Shown here piece after piece: positions 36,401 through 48,600 of a stretch of 64,000 bases of DNA. This stretch comes from Paraphysomonas bandaiensis (lineage: Eukaryota; Protista; Chrysophyceae), in assembly GCA_965644295.1 (NCBI GenBank), contig CBFFRP010000298.1:625505-689504 (forward strand). The letters are read 5' to 3'. Position numbers and translations under genes: made by a program. Position 1 is the stretch's first letter, and each line of letters begins with the position of its first letter. The notes beneath the pieces were generated by a model. The model was not told the DNA's origin. It ran no database searches and saw only the letters and a list, made by a program, of their open reading frames with translations.

Positions 36401-37100
36401 TCAGCGAGAGGTGTATAGCTATATCCTTTATATCAAGACACTGTTTTATTGAAAATATATAATTTCAGCTGGCGCTCAATGCGTTATCTCAATGCATCGT
36501 TTCCGCACATCTAACTCGTTTGTTTCAAATGCATATAAGTATATATGTGGATAACTCTGTTCAACAGAGCGTGTTTTGGTATTCATAGTTGCTATTTATG
36601 AACTGTTTTGCAAGTATAAATAGTCACTATCCACTATATTGATATATTCTATAGACATGCCAAATCATGCCAAATAAATAATAATTTATTCCTATATAGA
36701 ATTCTCGGTGCATACAGTTAATTTAGTTCAAGTGCAATATATACGCCAGTAATAGGTCCATAAACATGTTGACCTTAACGTACAATACTTCTAATTATCT
36801 TTAACCTCTCAAGTGCATATATATTACAGTAATAATCATTCAATACTTAGATATGCAACCTGGTAAAATCGTTTACCAGGTTTTGGTATTACCTCGAGTT
36901 CGGCCTAAATGAAAAAAGGATAATTTAGCAATACATAGATACATATAGCAATCTGTATGAAATGTAAATCCTTGGTAATCACAAAGTTCCGGTAGGTATC
37001 TTCCATAACATCACAAGAAACTGCGAGTCCGACTTTGTTAATGAATATAGAAGTCTTTCTTAAAAGCACGTTGTGTGCTATAAAGCAAGGTTAACTTCCA

Positions 37101-37490
37101 CTCAACAAAGTCGGACTTGCACCTTTTCGTGGTATTCTCTGAGGGATAAGTACCGGAGTGATTTCTTCGGGACGCTAATGCGATTCGCAAACATAGACAG
37201 CAGGTAATGTTCCACCCACTCACTTAGCAAAATGCTTGTGTAGTACAAGAAACACTAATAAGTGTCACTTGTGTAAACGTTTTTAGGCCTTGAATAATAA
37301 TAAGGCATCCCCTGGAAAGGGCCCACCTCAAGGGTAACCGGGGTATTGTGGGTTGCCTCTAGTGAAGTAAAGCATCCGGGATGTTCATCTTAAGGGCAGA
37401 GAGCGAAAGTGGTTGCACCTTCTTGGTGCTTGTGCGTCACTACAAGCAGGTTTCGTAGCGTTAAATAGTAGTAGGATATCAGAGTTAAGC
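37101..37490 (+). repeat. Interspersed repeat family R, copy F
   Basis: Colinear with copy E from CTCAACAAAGTCGGACT through the core. Confidence 0.85.
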
Positions 37491-37621
37491 TCTATCAAAG
37501 TTTGACATTATATTATGAGAAGTATTTACTTAACAACTGAAGGCAAACTTACACACAATGCTGAAAATTATAAATTATAATCAATACCTCTCTCATTTAA
37601 TAATTACAGTACAAAGTCTAT

Positions 37622-37914
37622 TCTCCTACTATTTAACGCTACAAAACCTGCTTGTGCGTCGCCGCAAGCACCAAGAAGGTACAACCACCTCCGCTCTATC
37701 ACTCAAAGCAAAACCGTGAGTAAGCAGAATGTTGATATACCTGACATCTGCTAACTTCAGGATTTTTTGAGTCCTTAAGGTGAACATCCCGGATGCTTGA
37801 ATTCAGCAGGCAGCCCAATACCCCGGTTACCCTTCAGGTGGACCCTTTCCCGGGGATGCCTTCTTACATTGTTCAGAGCACCACGAAAAGGTGTGAGTCC
37901 GACTTTGTTGAGGG
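37622..37914 (-). repeat. Interspersed repeat family R, copy G (inverted, tail-to-tail with F)
   Basis: Reverse complement of copy E/F with an internal deletion. Ends GTCCGACTTTGTTGAGGG. Confidence 0.85.
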
Positions 37915-38578
37915 TATGTTGTCTCTACTCCCACTCATTCTCTTGTACGATCTTACTTCGTCACTGTAATTTAAATACCGTATAGCTACACCTTTGAATT
38001 GCTCTAATATAGCAGAATTCAACAAGCCGTAGTTAACTTGGAAATCAAAATTAGTTTTGACTACATTCAATCTTAAACGACATCCATTGCTAATAATAAG
38101 ATATTCACTACTAAATGACCTCCATAATTTTTGATTTCCTATCTATATTTTCCCGATGCTCGTCGTCGTGTGTGCTTTGTTCCTTTATTCAAGAAAAAAT
38201 CACATTTTGGAAAATAGTTAGGAATAAGGATAATATTTGAGTACAGAACTCTGTTGAGACACTGATAATCACTATGCAGCCCAACGACAAACTTCTCTGT
38301 AACGATCCTTCTTGTAGCTGGTCTCAATCACATCAATAATATCTATTGTCGATAGTATCTCAATAGAAAGTAGTACGATACATATATATAATTACTTTAC
38401 CCGAAACACATGTATTTCTCAGTTTCGGGGTGATGCAATCCAACAATACTGAGCTTTTTCGTAAGCCAGAGGACATATATTGCCACGGCTTCGTATTCTA
38501 ATTATCGCTAATGCTAACACACTATCAACATTCAACCATCTACTACGGAGCACATAAGCATCAGTCCTACTCGCACAC

Positions 38579-41212
38579 TCAATATTCCATACTCCCTTCA
38601 GTAATCTGGGTATAGAGATTACTAATTGTGGCCAAGGAGCAGAGGCTATTCGAGTATCTTGGTTTACGACTCGTGCAATATCTGGAAAACTTACGATGCT
38701 GATCAGGTTGTGCAACTTCAGTATCACCTTTTCCCACACTATTCGTATTAAGGACATCACTATCAGATAATCTATCAGTTCGTGCTCGTTTCTCTGTGCC
38801 ACATGCGGCATCCTCTGCAAAGGCACGCTTTTTTGGATTCCTGTCCCCCGCACGCAATGTGTGCATATGAACCTTGTGTTCCTCTGCGCACGACGCATCA
38901 CTACTATTATCAAGACTATCGTAAACATGATCTGGGAAATTAAAGGGGGGCTCTTCTCTGAGAAACGAATCAGTCGAATCTGTGTTTCCACCCCTCGTCC
39001 TCAGCACCGGACGACTTGGTGTAGCTTGGTATGTGGACTTATTGCCCAACTTCACATGAGTATTATCGTTTTTGGGCATCGAATCCTTTTTTCTCCTCCC
39101 AGTGTCGACGATGGCGGTACTAGACCTAGGCCGTTTACAATCCGTCGTCTTAGAGTGTTTGGGAGGATAAGCAAGATTCCTCTTCTGTAACTCTTTGCCT
39201 CCCGATACACGTTCATACGATAATCCCTTTGAAAGGGACTTGCTGTCTTCATTCCCCGATTCTCCCGTATCACTACCATATCCTCTCTCTGACTCACAGC
39301 TATCGTCATCCAACTGAGAAAACCGCATTTGCTTCAAAAACAATGCTATGTCGAATGCAGGATGCGATTCATCTCTATGAGTCTTGCATTTTATTGACTT
39401 TGTCGGCTTGTCTCCAGGTTGTGCAGTGAACATATAATCAAATTTCTCCGCAGCGATCTTAATCAGCTCCTTCTTGATCTTCTCGCGCCGCCTCACCCTG
39501 TCTACAATAAGTCTTGCCCTGTCCAGATCGTACCTTAGTCTGTGCAGTTGACTGTGCCCAGTGAGTAGTGAATCGATTTTGGAGTCCTCAGGGAGTGGCG
39601 GCATACTCGCCACTTGGTGCCACATATCCATCATAAAATTATGATAACACCGTAACAGCGAGTCCAATCGAGTGGCACGCTTCGTAATCCAGTAGCTGTA
39701 TATCCGCGAGAGTACAGATCGTACAGCATCCGGGCATTCTGGAGGTGGGGTTGTAAGCACCCCTCGTCTATTCTTATCAACATGTGCTTTATTGGGCGCT
39801 GTTATAGATTCGCTCAGGGTAGGATTCATTCCATCATATGGTACAGGTGCTGGATAAGTTGCTTGATATACACCCGCCAATAACATTACAGCTCGTTCCT
39901 CAGGTACCAAAACACGTAAATTATCCTCAGAAAAGAATGTTGAACTGGTACCGCTATCGTGTCCTTCTGCAGGTTTGACATCGCTCTTGCTGACCCCACC
40001 TTGTATTGGTATATCACGTCTTGGATTCAAATTTGACCCCGTAGTCGTTTTCGCGTGGTCGGATATACATCCCACCAATTGTCCCACAGGTGGAGCAGGA
40101 AAAGATAATCGAGAAGTGTTGGAGAGGTCTACATCTGTACTGGAAACAGCCGTCCGAGAGCTCTGTGCATACGCTACTCTCTGCGCGTTGGCGCTATCAC
40201 CAACAAAATGCTCGTACGCGCGTTGTAGCACCTTATTTCTATGAGCTCCATTTCCAGTGGGTTCCAAGAATGCCTTTAGTTTGTCAATAGATTCACGACT
40301 ATCGTGGACAAGGTCGCGAGTCGTATTACATTGCTGCTGAGCTCTGATCTTTTCACGCAGAAATATTTTTGCTACCTCCAGCTCGCGCTCTAAAACTGCT
40401 ACCATACGTTCAAAGCAACGAATATCCGGCACTACAATGTTCGCTACACTGCCACTTGCAGCAGCACTTCGCTTGCTCCTATTCTTCCTCGACGGGGGAA
40501 TAGGGTTGCTGTGCAGAGTGGAAACAAAGGATTCGTCATCGCTATCTGCATCATACTCGAGGTATTTCGAACAGCTATGGGAAGGTATAGATGAAGAGCG
40601 TGGCTGGTCATATGGCCGAGGAGCATGTGCGAGAGCACAGGTATTGGCACGCCGGCCCCCGTTTTTACTCCTAGTAGGACTCTTCTTAGTTGTCTTGTTA
40701 CAGGGACTCTTACTCGTTGCGAATGGTACAGCAGATTCAAGTGCCGTAGTAACTCCGGGTGTGAGAACCACCCCATCAGTAGAACCTATCGTGTCAGCAT
40801 ATAGCGCAAACGGTTCATGGGTGTCGGTAGACGGCTCATAATCGTCACTATTCAATAGCAGATTAAACTCGTGGATCTCCTTATCTGAAATATCCAACCG
40901 ATTCTGTATATCCTCCCCAGGACGGAGGATAGGAATAGGTTTAGTGTGATCTACTGCCATAGATCGGCGTCGCGATCGACGTGCAATTAACGCTGACCCA
41001 CTCACACCGCCAGCTTCCCCTTCTGAACCAGAGTGGGAGGCATCATACAACTCCAACCGACAAGGGCTTTCTGCACGACTTTTAACATAACTCCTAAAAG
41101 ACCTGGTCCCTCTAGGGGTGGTCCTTGAGGCTGAACTGATAGCGTTCTTAGCAGTCAGTGTATTAGAAGATGGAGTTGAGGAGAGACGTTGACGGGATCT
41201 CTTCTCATCCAT
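38579..41212 (-). CDS. EPL1: Enhancer of polycomb-like protein (EPC/Epl1, NuA4 subunit), 877 aa, single exon
   Basis: VDHTKPIPIL, YDADSDDESFV, FERMVAVLE, IYSYWITKR and LRYDLDRARLIVDRVRRREKIKKE are EPcA-domain motifs. Confidence 0.85.
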   Translation of the reverse strand: MDEKRSRQRLSSTPSSNTLTAKNAISSASRTTPRGTRSFRSYVKSRAESPCRLELYDASHSGSEGEAGGVSGSALIARRSRRRSMAVDHTKPIPILRPGEDIQNRLDISDKEIHEFNLLLNSDDYEPSTDTHEPFALYADTIGSTDGVVLTPGVTTALESAVPFATSKSPCNKTTKKSPTRSKNGGRRANTCALAHAPRPYDQPRSSSIPSHSCSKYLEYDADSDDESFVSTLHSNPIPPSRKNRSKRSAAASGSVANIVVPDIRCFERMVAVLERELEVAKIFLREKIRAQQQCNTTRDLVHDSRESIDKLKAFLEPTGNGAHRNKVLQRAYEHFVGDSANAQRVAYAQSSRTAVSSTDVDLSNTSRLSFPAPPVGQLVGCISDHAKTTTGSNLNPRRDIPIQGGVSKSDVKPAEGHDSGTSSTFFSEDNLRVLVPEERAVMLLAGVYQATYPAPVPYDGMNPTLSESITAPNKAHVDKNRRGVLTTPPPECPDAVRSVLSRIYSYWITKRATRLDSLLRCYHNFMMDMWHQVASMPPLPEDSKIDSLLTGHSQLHRLRYDLDRARLIVDRVRRREKIKKELIKIAAEKFDYMFTAQPGDKPTKSIKCKTHRDESHPAFDIALFLKQMRFSQLDDDSCESERGYGSDTGESGNEDSKSLSKGLSYERVSGGKELQKRNLAYPPKHSKTTDCKRPRSSTAIVDTGRRKKDSMPKNDNTHVKLGNKSTYQATPSRPVLRTRGGNTDSTDSFLREEPPFNFPDHVYDSLDNSSDASCAEEHKVHMHTLRAGDRNPKKRAFAEDAACGTEKRARTDRLSDSDVLNTNSVGKGDTEVAQPDQHRKFSRYCTSRKPRYSNSLCSLATISNLYTQITEGSMEY

Positions 41213-42073
41213 TTTACTGACTGAAACTGATTTATTTTGTTTCTGTTATACAGTGAGAGAGATGTGAATAGAGAATATATACGGAATGTACCTTCACTGC
41301 AGTCGCTCTGGTCATTTATATATATATATAGACCCTCTCGATAGTCCGTATGAGCATGAAACAGAGAGAGAAGAAACTATGAAATGGTCACTAGAGATGT
41401 GTTGAGGAGGTCATGCATTCACTGTGGAGCTAATTGTCTCGTTGTGAAATTACTTGAGTCGTGAATGTATAAGTGACATCATGTTGTGGTTAATGTATGC
41501 AGATATGTGTACATGATCCACTTCCCTCATTCAAGTACATGTCGCTACATACAGCGATATATCATACACATACATCATACAGCAGCATATATACTACTGC
41601 TCTGTATATAGTTACAGTATCATATGCCTACATATGACATATACAAAAAAAGCACCGCATCATCCCTCTCTTGTCTCTGATTGGTTTATCATCCTTCTCT
41701 TGTTTCGAACATTGAGGTGGTGTATATGAGTGGCTGGGGTAATCAAACACTTTCTAACACAAAAATTGTATAATCATTACAAAAATCCGTAATTTTCTCA
41801 ATTTCTCACCTTATTTTTCGCGATATTCCCCAATAAAAGAACACCAACACATAAAAGAATAGAACGCGCATATACAGCAGTATGTACAGCAGTATCATTC
41901 CACTCAGCTCTACGTATACTGCACCGGGTACATGTATACACAAAGGATGGGGGTGGTATCTTAGCAGAACCCTCCTGAGAGTATCCTCATAGTTCATACA
42001 TAAGCTGCATGCATAGTTCATAGCTTCCATATATCCACGTATCACCTAACTGACCTCATCATACGAAATAACA

Positions 42074-43560
42074 ATGTCACTTCAACTTAATCACTTAGTT
42101 TCTGTGAGTCAAATATCCAGAGAACTAGTCCGGTAGAGACTCTTATGATCCTATACATGAACTGACATTAAACCATCACAGAGAATTAATCACAAATGCT
42201 GAGTCTATGAGAGCATTAGTTCTAAGTCAAGGGGGAGATGACAGTATGAAGCACAGGGTTATGGCGAATGTGTTCTTTGAAGCTTCTACAAGAACGTCAT
42301 GTTCGTTTCAAGCTGCTATGCAGCGTTTAGGAGGAAGCGTAGTATGTGTTTCGGAGGTAGAGCATGTTTATTGCACTATATCATAATGATGACATGTAGA
42401 TGGGATCTAGTTCGCGTAAGGGAGAGGTGCTTGAAGATACGATTGCCACGATGGCGTGTTACTGTGACTTGATAGTCTTGCGTCACCCTATGAAGGTCAA
42501 TGATCCATTTCGGCTTGTATGAGTATGATGTCATGCATATATAGGGGAGCGCAGAAATTGCTACGACTTACAGCTCAAAGCCAGTAATTAACGCTGGTAC
42601 GTGAATAGTGTGCTGCTCTGCCATTTTGAACTTGACCTCATCTTTCGTAACTTACAGGAGACGGAACTGGCGAACACCCAACACAGGCTCTTCTAGATAT
42701 ATATACTATTCATCTTGAACTTGGTCGAGTAGGACAGTGGAGAGTAAGGAGTGGTGAAATTGATCGCTCTGTTCCCGTGATGACTGTTACCATCGTGGGA
42801 GACCTAAAACACGGGTGCACCCCTCACTTGCATCCATCAAAACCTTATTCCTTATTTTCAGGCGTACTGTTCATTCTCTTGTACGTTTACTTGCAATGTA
42901 CCCAGGCTTGAAGTTGGTTTATATTTCTCCTTCCACTCTGCGAATGCCAGATGATGTAATTGAGGAGGTTCAGCATATAGCCAAAGGTCACGGGGGAATC
43001 GAGCAGGTGCCCCTATTCTCCGCCATATAAGTTTTAATGGCTTTTGTTTAGACAAGTCTGTCTGCCGATAGTCTTTTAGATGTAAGAACCTGCGTAATGA
43101 CAGTGTAAATGCATCTAGAGTAACAGAGATTACAGGGGGTTGCAGAGGCAGATGTTTTATATGTCACACGAATCCAGAGGGAGCGGTTCGAGTCTGAGGT
43201 AATTGTATAGCGCAATTTCATGCATAACTGAACTAGCGTTTTTCTTTGCGCAGCATGACTACCAAAAAGTGATGGGATCGTACTGTATTAATGCCGCTGC
43301 GATGTCTAGGGCAAAAGAAAATATGGTTATTATGCATCCTCTCCCCAGGTAGGATGCAATGCGTATATAATGTCATTACTCAACTTCTTCCTGCAGGGTT
43401 AATGAGATTGCTAAGGAAGTGGACTCGGACCCTAGAGCAGCATATTTCAGGTTCGAAGGCACCACTGCTATAGTTACGTTTGTATCTCATGTATTACTGC
43501 AGGCAAATGGAGAACGGAATGCATATGCGTATGTCGTTGATCAAACACTTGCTTTTATGA
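42074..43560 (+). CDS. pyrB: Aspartate carbamoyltransferase (stand-alone), ~11 exons; absent from the ORF track as a whole
   Basis: Spliced product contains [70 protein letters not shown] and AAYFRQMENG. Confidence 0.95.
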
Positions 43561-44252
43561 ATATAGAATATGAAGGTCACTTTGAGAGGGCAAACAAAAA
43601 TAACGCGGGATTAGTGTGGTAGATGTATGCGATTATTGGGAATGACGAATTGTAAGTTAACAGATCCCTGATCTTCCTTCAACGGGATTCCTATATGCAT
43701 TTGAGATATTAACGAAATAAATCATCAGCGTCATTTTTTTTCTTCTAGTAGACGTCACTGATTGACTTTTGTGTTTTGAAGTTTCACAATATTTCAGCTT
43801 CGCAGTTACGTTAATACAGAATTGCTGAGCGGGTACAAAATTTTCCTTATTTTGATAGTACAGAACTTCCTCGTGTAAATAAACAGATAAACGTACCATT
43901 CATAGGTACCTATAATATATAATATATATTTTTAAACCGTACTGAATTCCGCACACTAGTTTACGGGTGCATCACTAGGTCAACGTTTAAAATGTTGAGT
44001 TTTTTTTTCAACAACACACCTCGCATATTGAGTATATAATGTATCTTTTATAATTATCATGTAGAACAAAACCATATCAATATAGGTTTCTATTGATGCA
44101 ACTGTATACCACTCAGGGAGAGATGGACGTTACAGCTTTCAAAAATACCATAAACGGACCTGCGTCAATGCATAATGACCACAAATACGCAGCACAGGTG
44201 GAATGTAATACTCTTCAGTGTATAAAATAATGTAGAAGACCTTTAAACGCAT

Positions 44253-46023
44253 TTACATCTCAGAAAGTATCTTCTGTGTCATCTTAAGGCAGTATTCTCC
44301 GCCATCCTTCTCCCTCCACTCTGTCAAATTTGCGGATGTTAGCGAGTTGTCCCCAGCTGCTCCTGCGATCATGTGTATGAGCTCCAACTGAAGGTCTGAG
44401 AGTGGAAGGCTTCCGTCATTTGCAGGAAGGGCATCCGGGATGTGTTCCCGAATAGAAAACACCTCCGGAAGAGTCTCAGGACAATCCGTGCGTACTTCGT
44501 CCAGTTCATCGAATATCCACCCGAATGTCTTGGCCCACTCATCCCGTTTAGTCAGGTATTCAGGCGCACTGTATCCCTCAGCAGGTGCGAATAACTCATG
44601 CACAACAGTTGACACTATGCTTGAGTGCTCATATTGACTTGGCCCATACTCTTCATCACCAGAAGCAGAGGAGTCTGGTGCATGGAACACGGATCCCTTC
44701 TTCACCCAGGGAGATACAACCACTGTGGGAACACGAACCCCCAGCCGAGTGAAATCAAAGGGATCATCGGTTGCATTTAGACCATCCGGGTTCGGTACAT
44801 TCTCGGGAGGGGGCACGTGGTCAAAGAATCCTCCATGTTCGTCATATGTAATCATGAACACAGTCTCCTCCCAGGCCGGTGACTTACGCACAGCCTCATA
44901 TATATCCCTCACAAGAGCTTCACCTAGGGACACGTCATGATCGGGGTGTTGATCAGTTGCTTCTTCCCGTTCGGTAGTAAAGTATGCAGGTTCCACCCAC
45001 ACAAACTCGGGGATGTCTCCGGTCTCAAGGTCTTCGTATAGCTTATTGAGGAAACGGTACCTCTTCCTGAAATCGAGTATTAATGTGAAAATATCAACAT
45101 TATAAGCTGCTTACAACGCTTCTTTCTGGCGCATGTCTTTGAATTGTGCCACAGTAGCGATTTGTTTGACATAAACCTATTAAAGTATTAGTATTCCAAG
45201 CAATCGGACAGTGTATATAATACTCTGTAATCAAGCCCCATATCAAGTAGTTGCTGAAACATTGTTTTCTGCGGAAGTCCTTTAGCCATGGTTTCATCAT
45301 CGTTAGTACCCATCCCATGACTAGTTGCGCTGGCAGCATATGCGCGGTTAACCATAGTTGGTCCTGGGACACTAGCATACCATCCTGCGCAAACTATAAC
45401 GAGGTCAACAAATAAACGAATTCAACTTACCGTCGAAGAATCCAAATTCCATTGATAAGTTAGTCATGATTGGCACGTGTTCAGGAGAGAAACACTTCAT
45501 GATTTCGGCGCCAGCGGTTTCATTTCCACCATTTGCCGCAGTGTAAGAATAAATGAAACCATCCATCGTTGGCGTTGCCCCATCAGGTGGTGTCTCGTGC
45601 TCAGGGTAGCCATAAATTTGCGACGTCGTGGACGTTATAGAATGTCTATATCCACATCTTAAACCGCAGTAAACCGCCATACGAAACCTACCGTGGGTCC
45701 CTTTGTCTGTACACCGCAGTATTATCAACTGTGATAGATTGAGACGAGGGGTCTTGAGGATCGATATGATTGTAGCAGCCCTCTTGATCGGGCAGACACC
45801 CGTTAACCTGTACATGCCATAACATATGAACACTCAATGATACAGTAACACTCCTTCCCTTCACCTCATTATTTAAAGTCTTTAAGAACCCCAACATATG
45901 ATTGAAGCTCCTGTTCTCGAGCATAAGGACGATGACATGTTTGATTCGACCGGATACAGAGACAGTCTGAGAGGCCACTATGAGGGAACATATCACCACA
46001 ATACACAGAGAGATAGATTTCAT
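44253..46023 (-). CDS. Non-specific phospholipase C / phosphoesterase, paralog 1, signal peptide, multi-exon
   Basis: IKHVIVLMLENRSFNHMLG, WYASVPGPTMVNR, DQHPDH, ITYDEHGGFFDHV, RLGVRVP and YEHSS. Confidence 0.92.
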
Positions 46024-46278
46024 ATTGCAGGTTATCTTGTGTAGATATATGTGTGATAGTGGAAGGAAATTAGAGGGGAGTGTGATGATGTTATGGGATG
46101 ATGCAGTGCTGTCACGCTGACATGTAGAGTATCTATGTGGTATATGGACATGTATTTGCATACTATACACAACTGTCGTATCTATATACAACAATCCTAT
46201 TGGCTAGTACGGAATATACTGCAATAGTACAGTGCATGTACACTATACAATAGATACGCAATAGATGCAGACTCACAA

Positions 46279-46327
46279 TGTACTGCTGTACTCTGTTGTA
46301 CTGCTGTACTCTGTTGTACTGCTGTAC
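46279..46327. repeat. 18-bp tandem repeat (GTACTGCTGTACTCTGTT), ~2.5 units
   Basis: Directly visible. Confidence 0.85.
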
Positions 46328-47204
46328 TTCTTCTGTTATGTAGATAGACGTATACTCCTGGATATACGCACAGCAGCAGTAGGAAGTAGGGTCCCCACTA
46401 ATGCCGGTTTTTTAGGTGTTTTCAGTCAATCACAGTTTCAGTCACAGAGTGGCGATGACGTTAGCAAATACGTCATCAGATGTGGAATGATTTTGTGTGA
46501 GATGCATTATAATTGACCAGCTTGATTCATGATTTGGATCTCGAGTTATTCATGTCCAAAGTGAGTGCCCTTAAGGGGTTTTTCAGTTATCTTTTTTTTT
46601 AGGATCCTATTAGTGCCGGTTTTCATGACCCGCCTCACTCCACTGATGACAGTCCGTCACACACTCTACACGATACATCAACACACCATGTGACTCTGAG
46701 GACACAAACAGCATTCTGTACTAATTCAATAGTGCTGGACTCGAATCCGAGACCTAATTCCCTCAAAACATTGAGTGTAGCCCGATATTTAAGACTCTAT
46801 GCTGCACACATGACTGTGTGTATCACTTGGAATACAAACATCACATGACTCTACACAGCCTGTCTGTTTGTAGAATGTAGCTCTGTAGATACTGTGCACT
46901 CATAATTGTGTATGAATTTTGTATGATATCATCATTACGTTCCTATTAATCCAAAGCAATGCACCTACCTCAATACTAGAGGTTGACACCTATGCAATCA
47001 TATGGGCAGCAATTCCGACATTTCAGATAGTGATAGTGATGTTAGTAATGGTAAAAGAATATATATCACTATATTTGACACATTGGTCGACGAAACGCGT
47101 GTTGGAATGCACTGTAAGCGCTGGAAAGGGACTATCCACTGGCCAGTGTTCAGATGATGCTGATTGGTGACTTCGGATCAATTCAGTAGATAGATTTTGC
47201 GAAA

Positions 47205-47640
47205 GTAGCTAGTAGTGAATGTCTGATTATTAGCAGTAGGCATGTAAGAGTCAGCACTAATGTAGCCAAGCAATATAATTAACTAGTGCTTAACTAAGAT
47301 ATCCTACTATTTGGCGCTACGAAAGCTGCTTGTGCGTCACCACAAGCACCATGGTGCAGCCACTTTCCCTCTCTGTCCTTAAGATGAATAGCCCGGATGC
47401 ATGGCTTCAGTATGCAGTCCAATACCCCAGATACTCTTGAGGTGGGCCCATTCCCGGATGTCTGTTTAATAGTCAAGGCCCAAAGACGTTTATACGAGAA
47501 GTGACACTATTTTGTCCCGTGTATCACACAAACATTCTGCTATGAGTGGGCAGAACAATATCTGCTTACTATATATGGGGCTCACGTTAGTTTCCCGGAG
47601 AACTCAGAATAAAAGGTGCGATTCCGACTTTGTTGAGGGC
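47205..47640 (-). repeat. Interspersed repeat family R, copy H
   Basis: Reverse complement from GCCCTCAACAAAGTCGG through the subrepeats, core and tail. Confidence 0.85.
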
Positions 47641-47960
47641 GAAGGTAGCTAGCAGAAGTAAGTAGTGCAAGCTATGTTAAAATCAAGCACTAGAATAGAA
47701 GGCAATTAATTGCAACGACAATAATTGGGTTCTTGGGTAGTGTTTGCATCTCACCAATTAATTTTTTCGCAACCCTTGTAAGTAGTAGTGGAAATAAGAT
47801 TCAAGTATTAAAAGAAATTAATAATGAGTATAGGAGATATTTATAATGAGTACTCTTATAGGAGAAAAATGTGGTGTGTAGTTGTTCACATATGGCAGGT
47901 GTAAAGGTGTGCAGTTCACACATCGTTTACATGATATAAACATACAAACTACTACAAATA

Positions 47961-48600
47961 TTAGTATTCGCGGGCGGGGGTGATCCAGCCCTTCTCATGG
48001 AAATATGCCGTGGTGCTCTTGATGAGAAGGCAGAAGTCTGAACCCCCCTCATACGGCTCCACATAATACCATGTGTTTCATCCCCGGCTGCTCTTCCACA
48101 GCCACCTGGCGCTCCTGTGAGAAACCAGCGACAGAACAGTCCGAATGTCTGGAGAAGCCTGGCGTCACTGGATTTCAAAGCTTTCCGGGAACCATAAAGT
48201 TGGAGCGAATTGAACTCTTGCCGCAATAGGCCTCTTCCAACCGCATGAATGTGAATGCACATGTAGTACTTCCTACATGAAGCGCTTATGAAGATCAGAC
48301 GTCTAATCGGTCCAGAAGTTCAGACGTCGAGGCCATAATATCGCGGTCAACGCTGTTGGAAATATGGCTCTGGGTACGACCAAGAGGGAAGACCATATCC
48401 ACAATGGTGTAGTTGGAGGGTCATTTGCAGAAGTAGCGAAAAGAGGACGCATCTTCGGTACTACCAAAGTCTAACCGAAGAATATCCCGAAACTGTGCCC
48501 TATCATCGATTTGTGTGTACAATACAGCACCATACTTTTCCAGTATGATTTCTCTTCCAGTTGTGGAGATGACACCCTTCAACAAGGCAACTAGATATAC
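47961..48600 (-). pseudogene. Decayed coding sequence of unknown type inside the TIR element
   Basis: Long protein-like reading (EKYGAVLYTQIDDRAQFRDILRLDFG...WYYVEPYEGGSDFCLLIKSTTAYFHEKGW) broken by isolated TGA/TAG stops and a frameshift. Confidence 0.45.

Noticed and set aside
38419-40841. Overlapping and antisense ORFs within EPL1 (and similar ones in other long genes)
   Set aside because: Shadow frames of real coding sequence.
21043-47640. Family R cores as a CRISPR array or tRNA/SINE
   Set aside because: Copies are dispersed in both orientations with no regular spacers or cas genes. No cloverleaf or A/B boxes.
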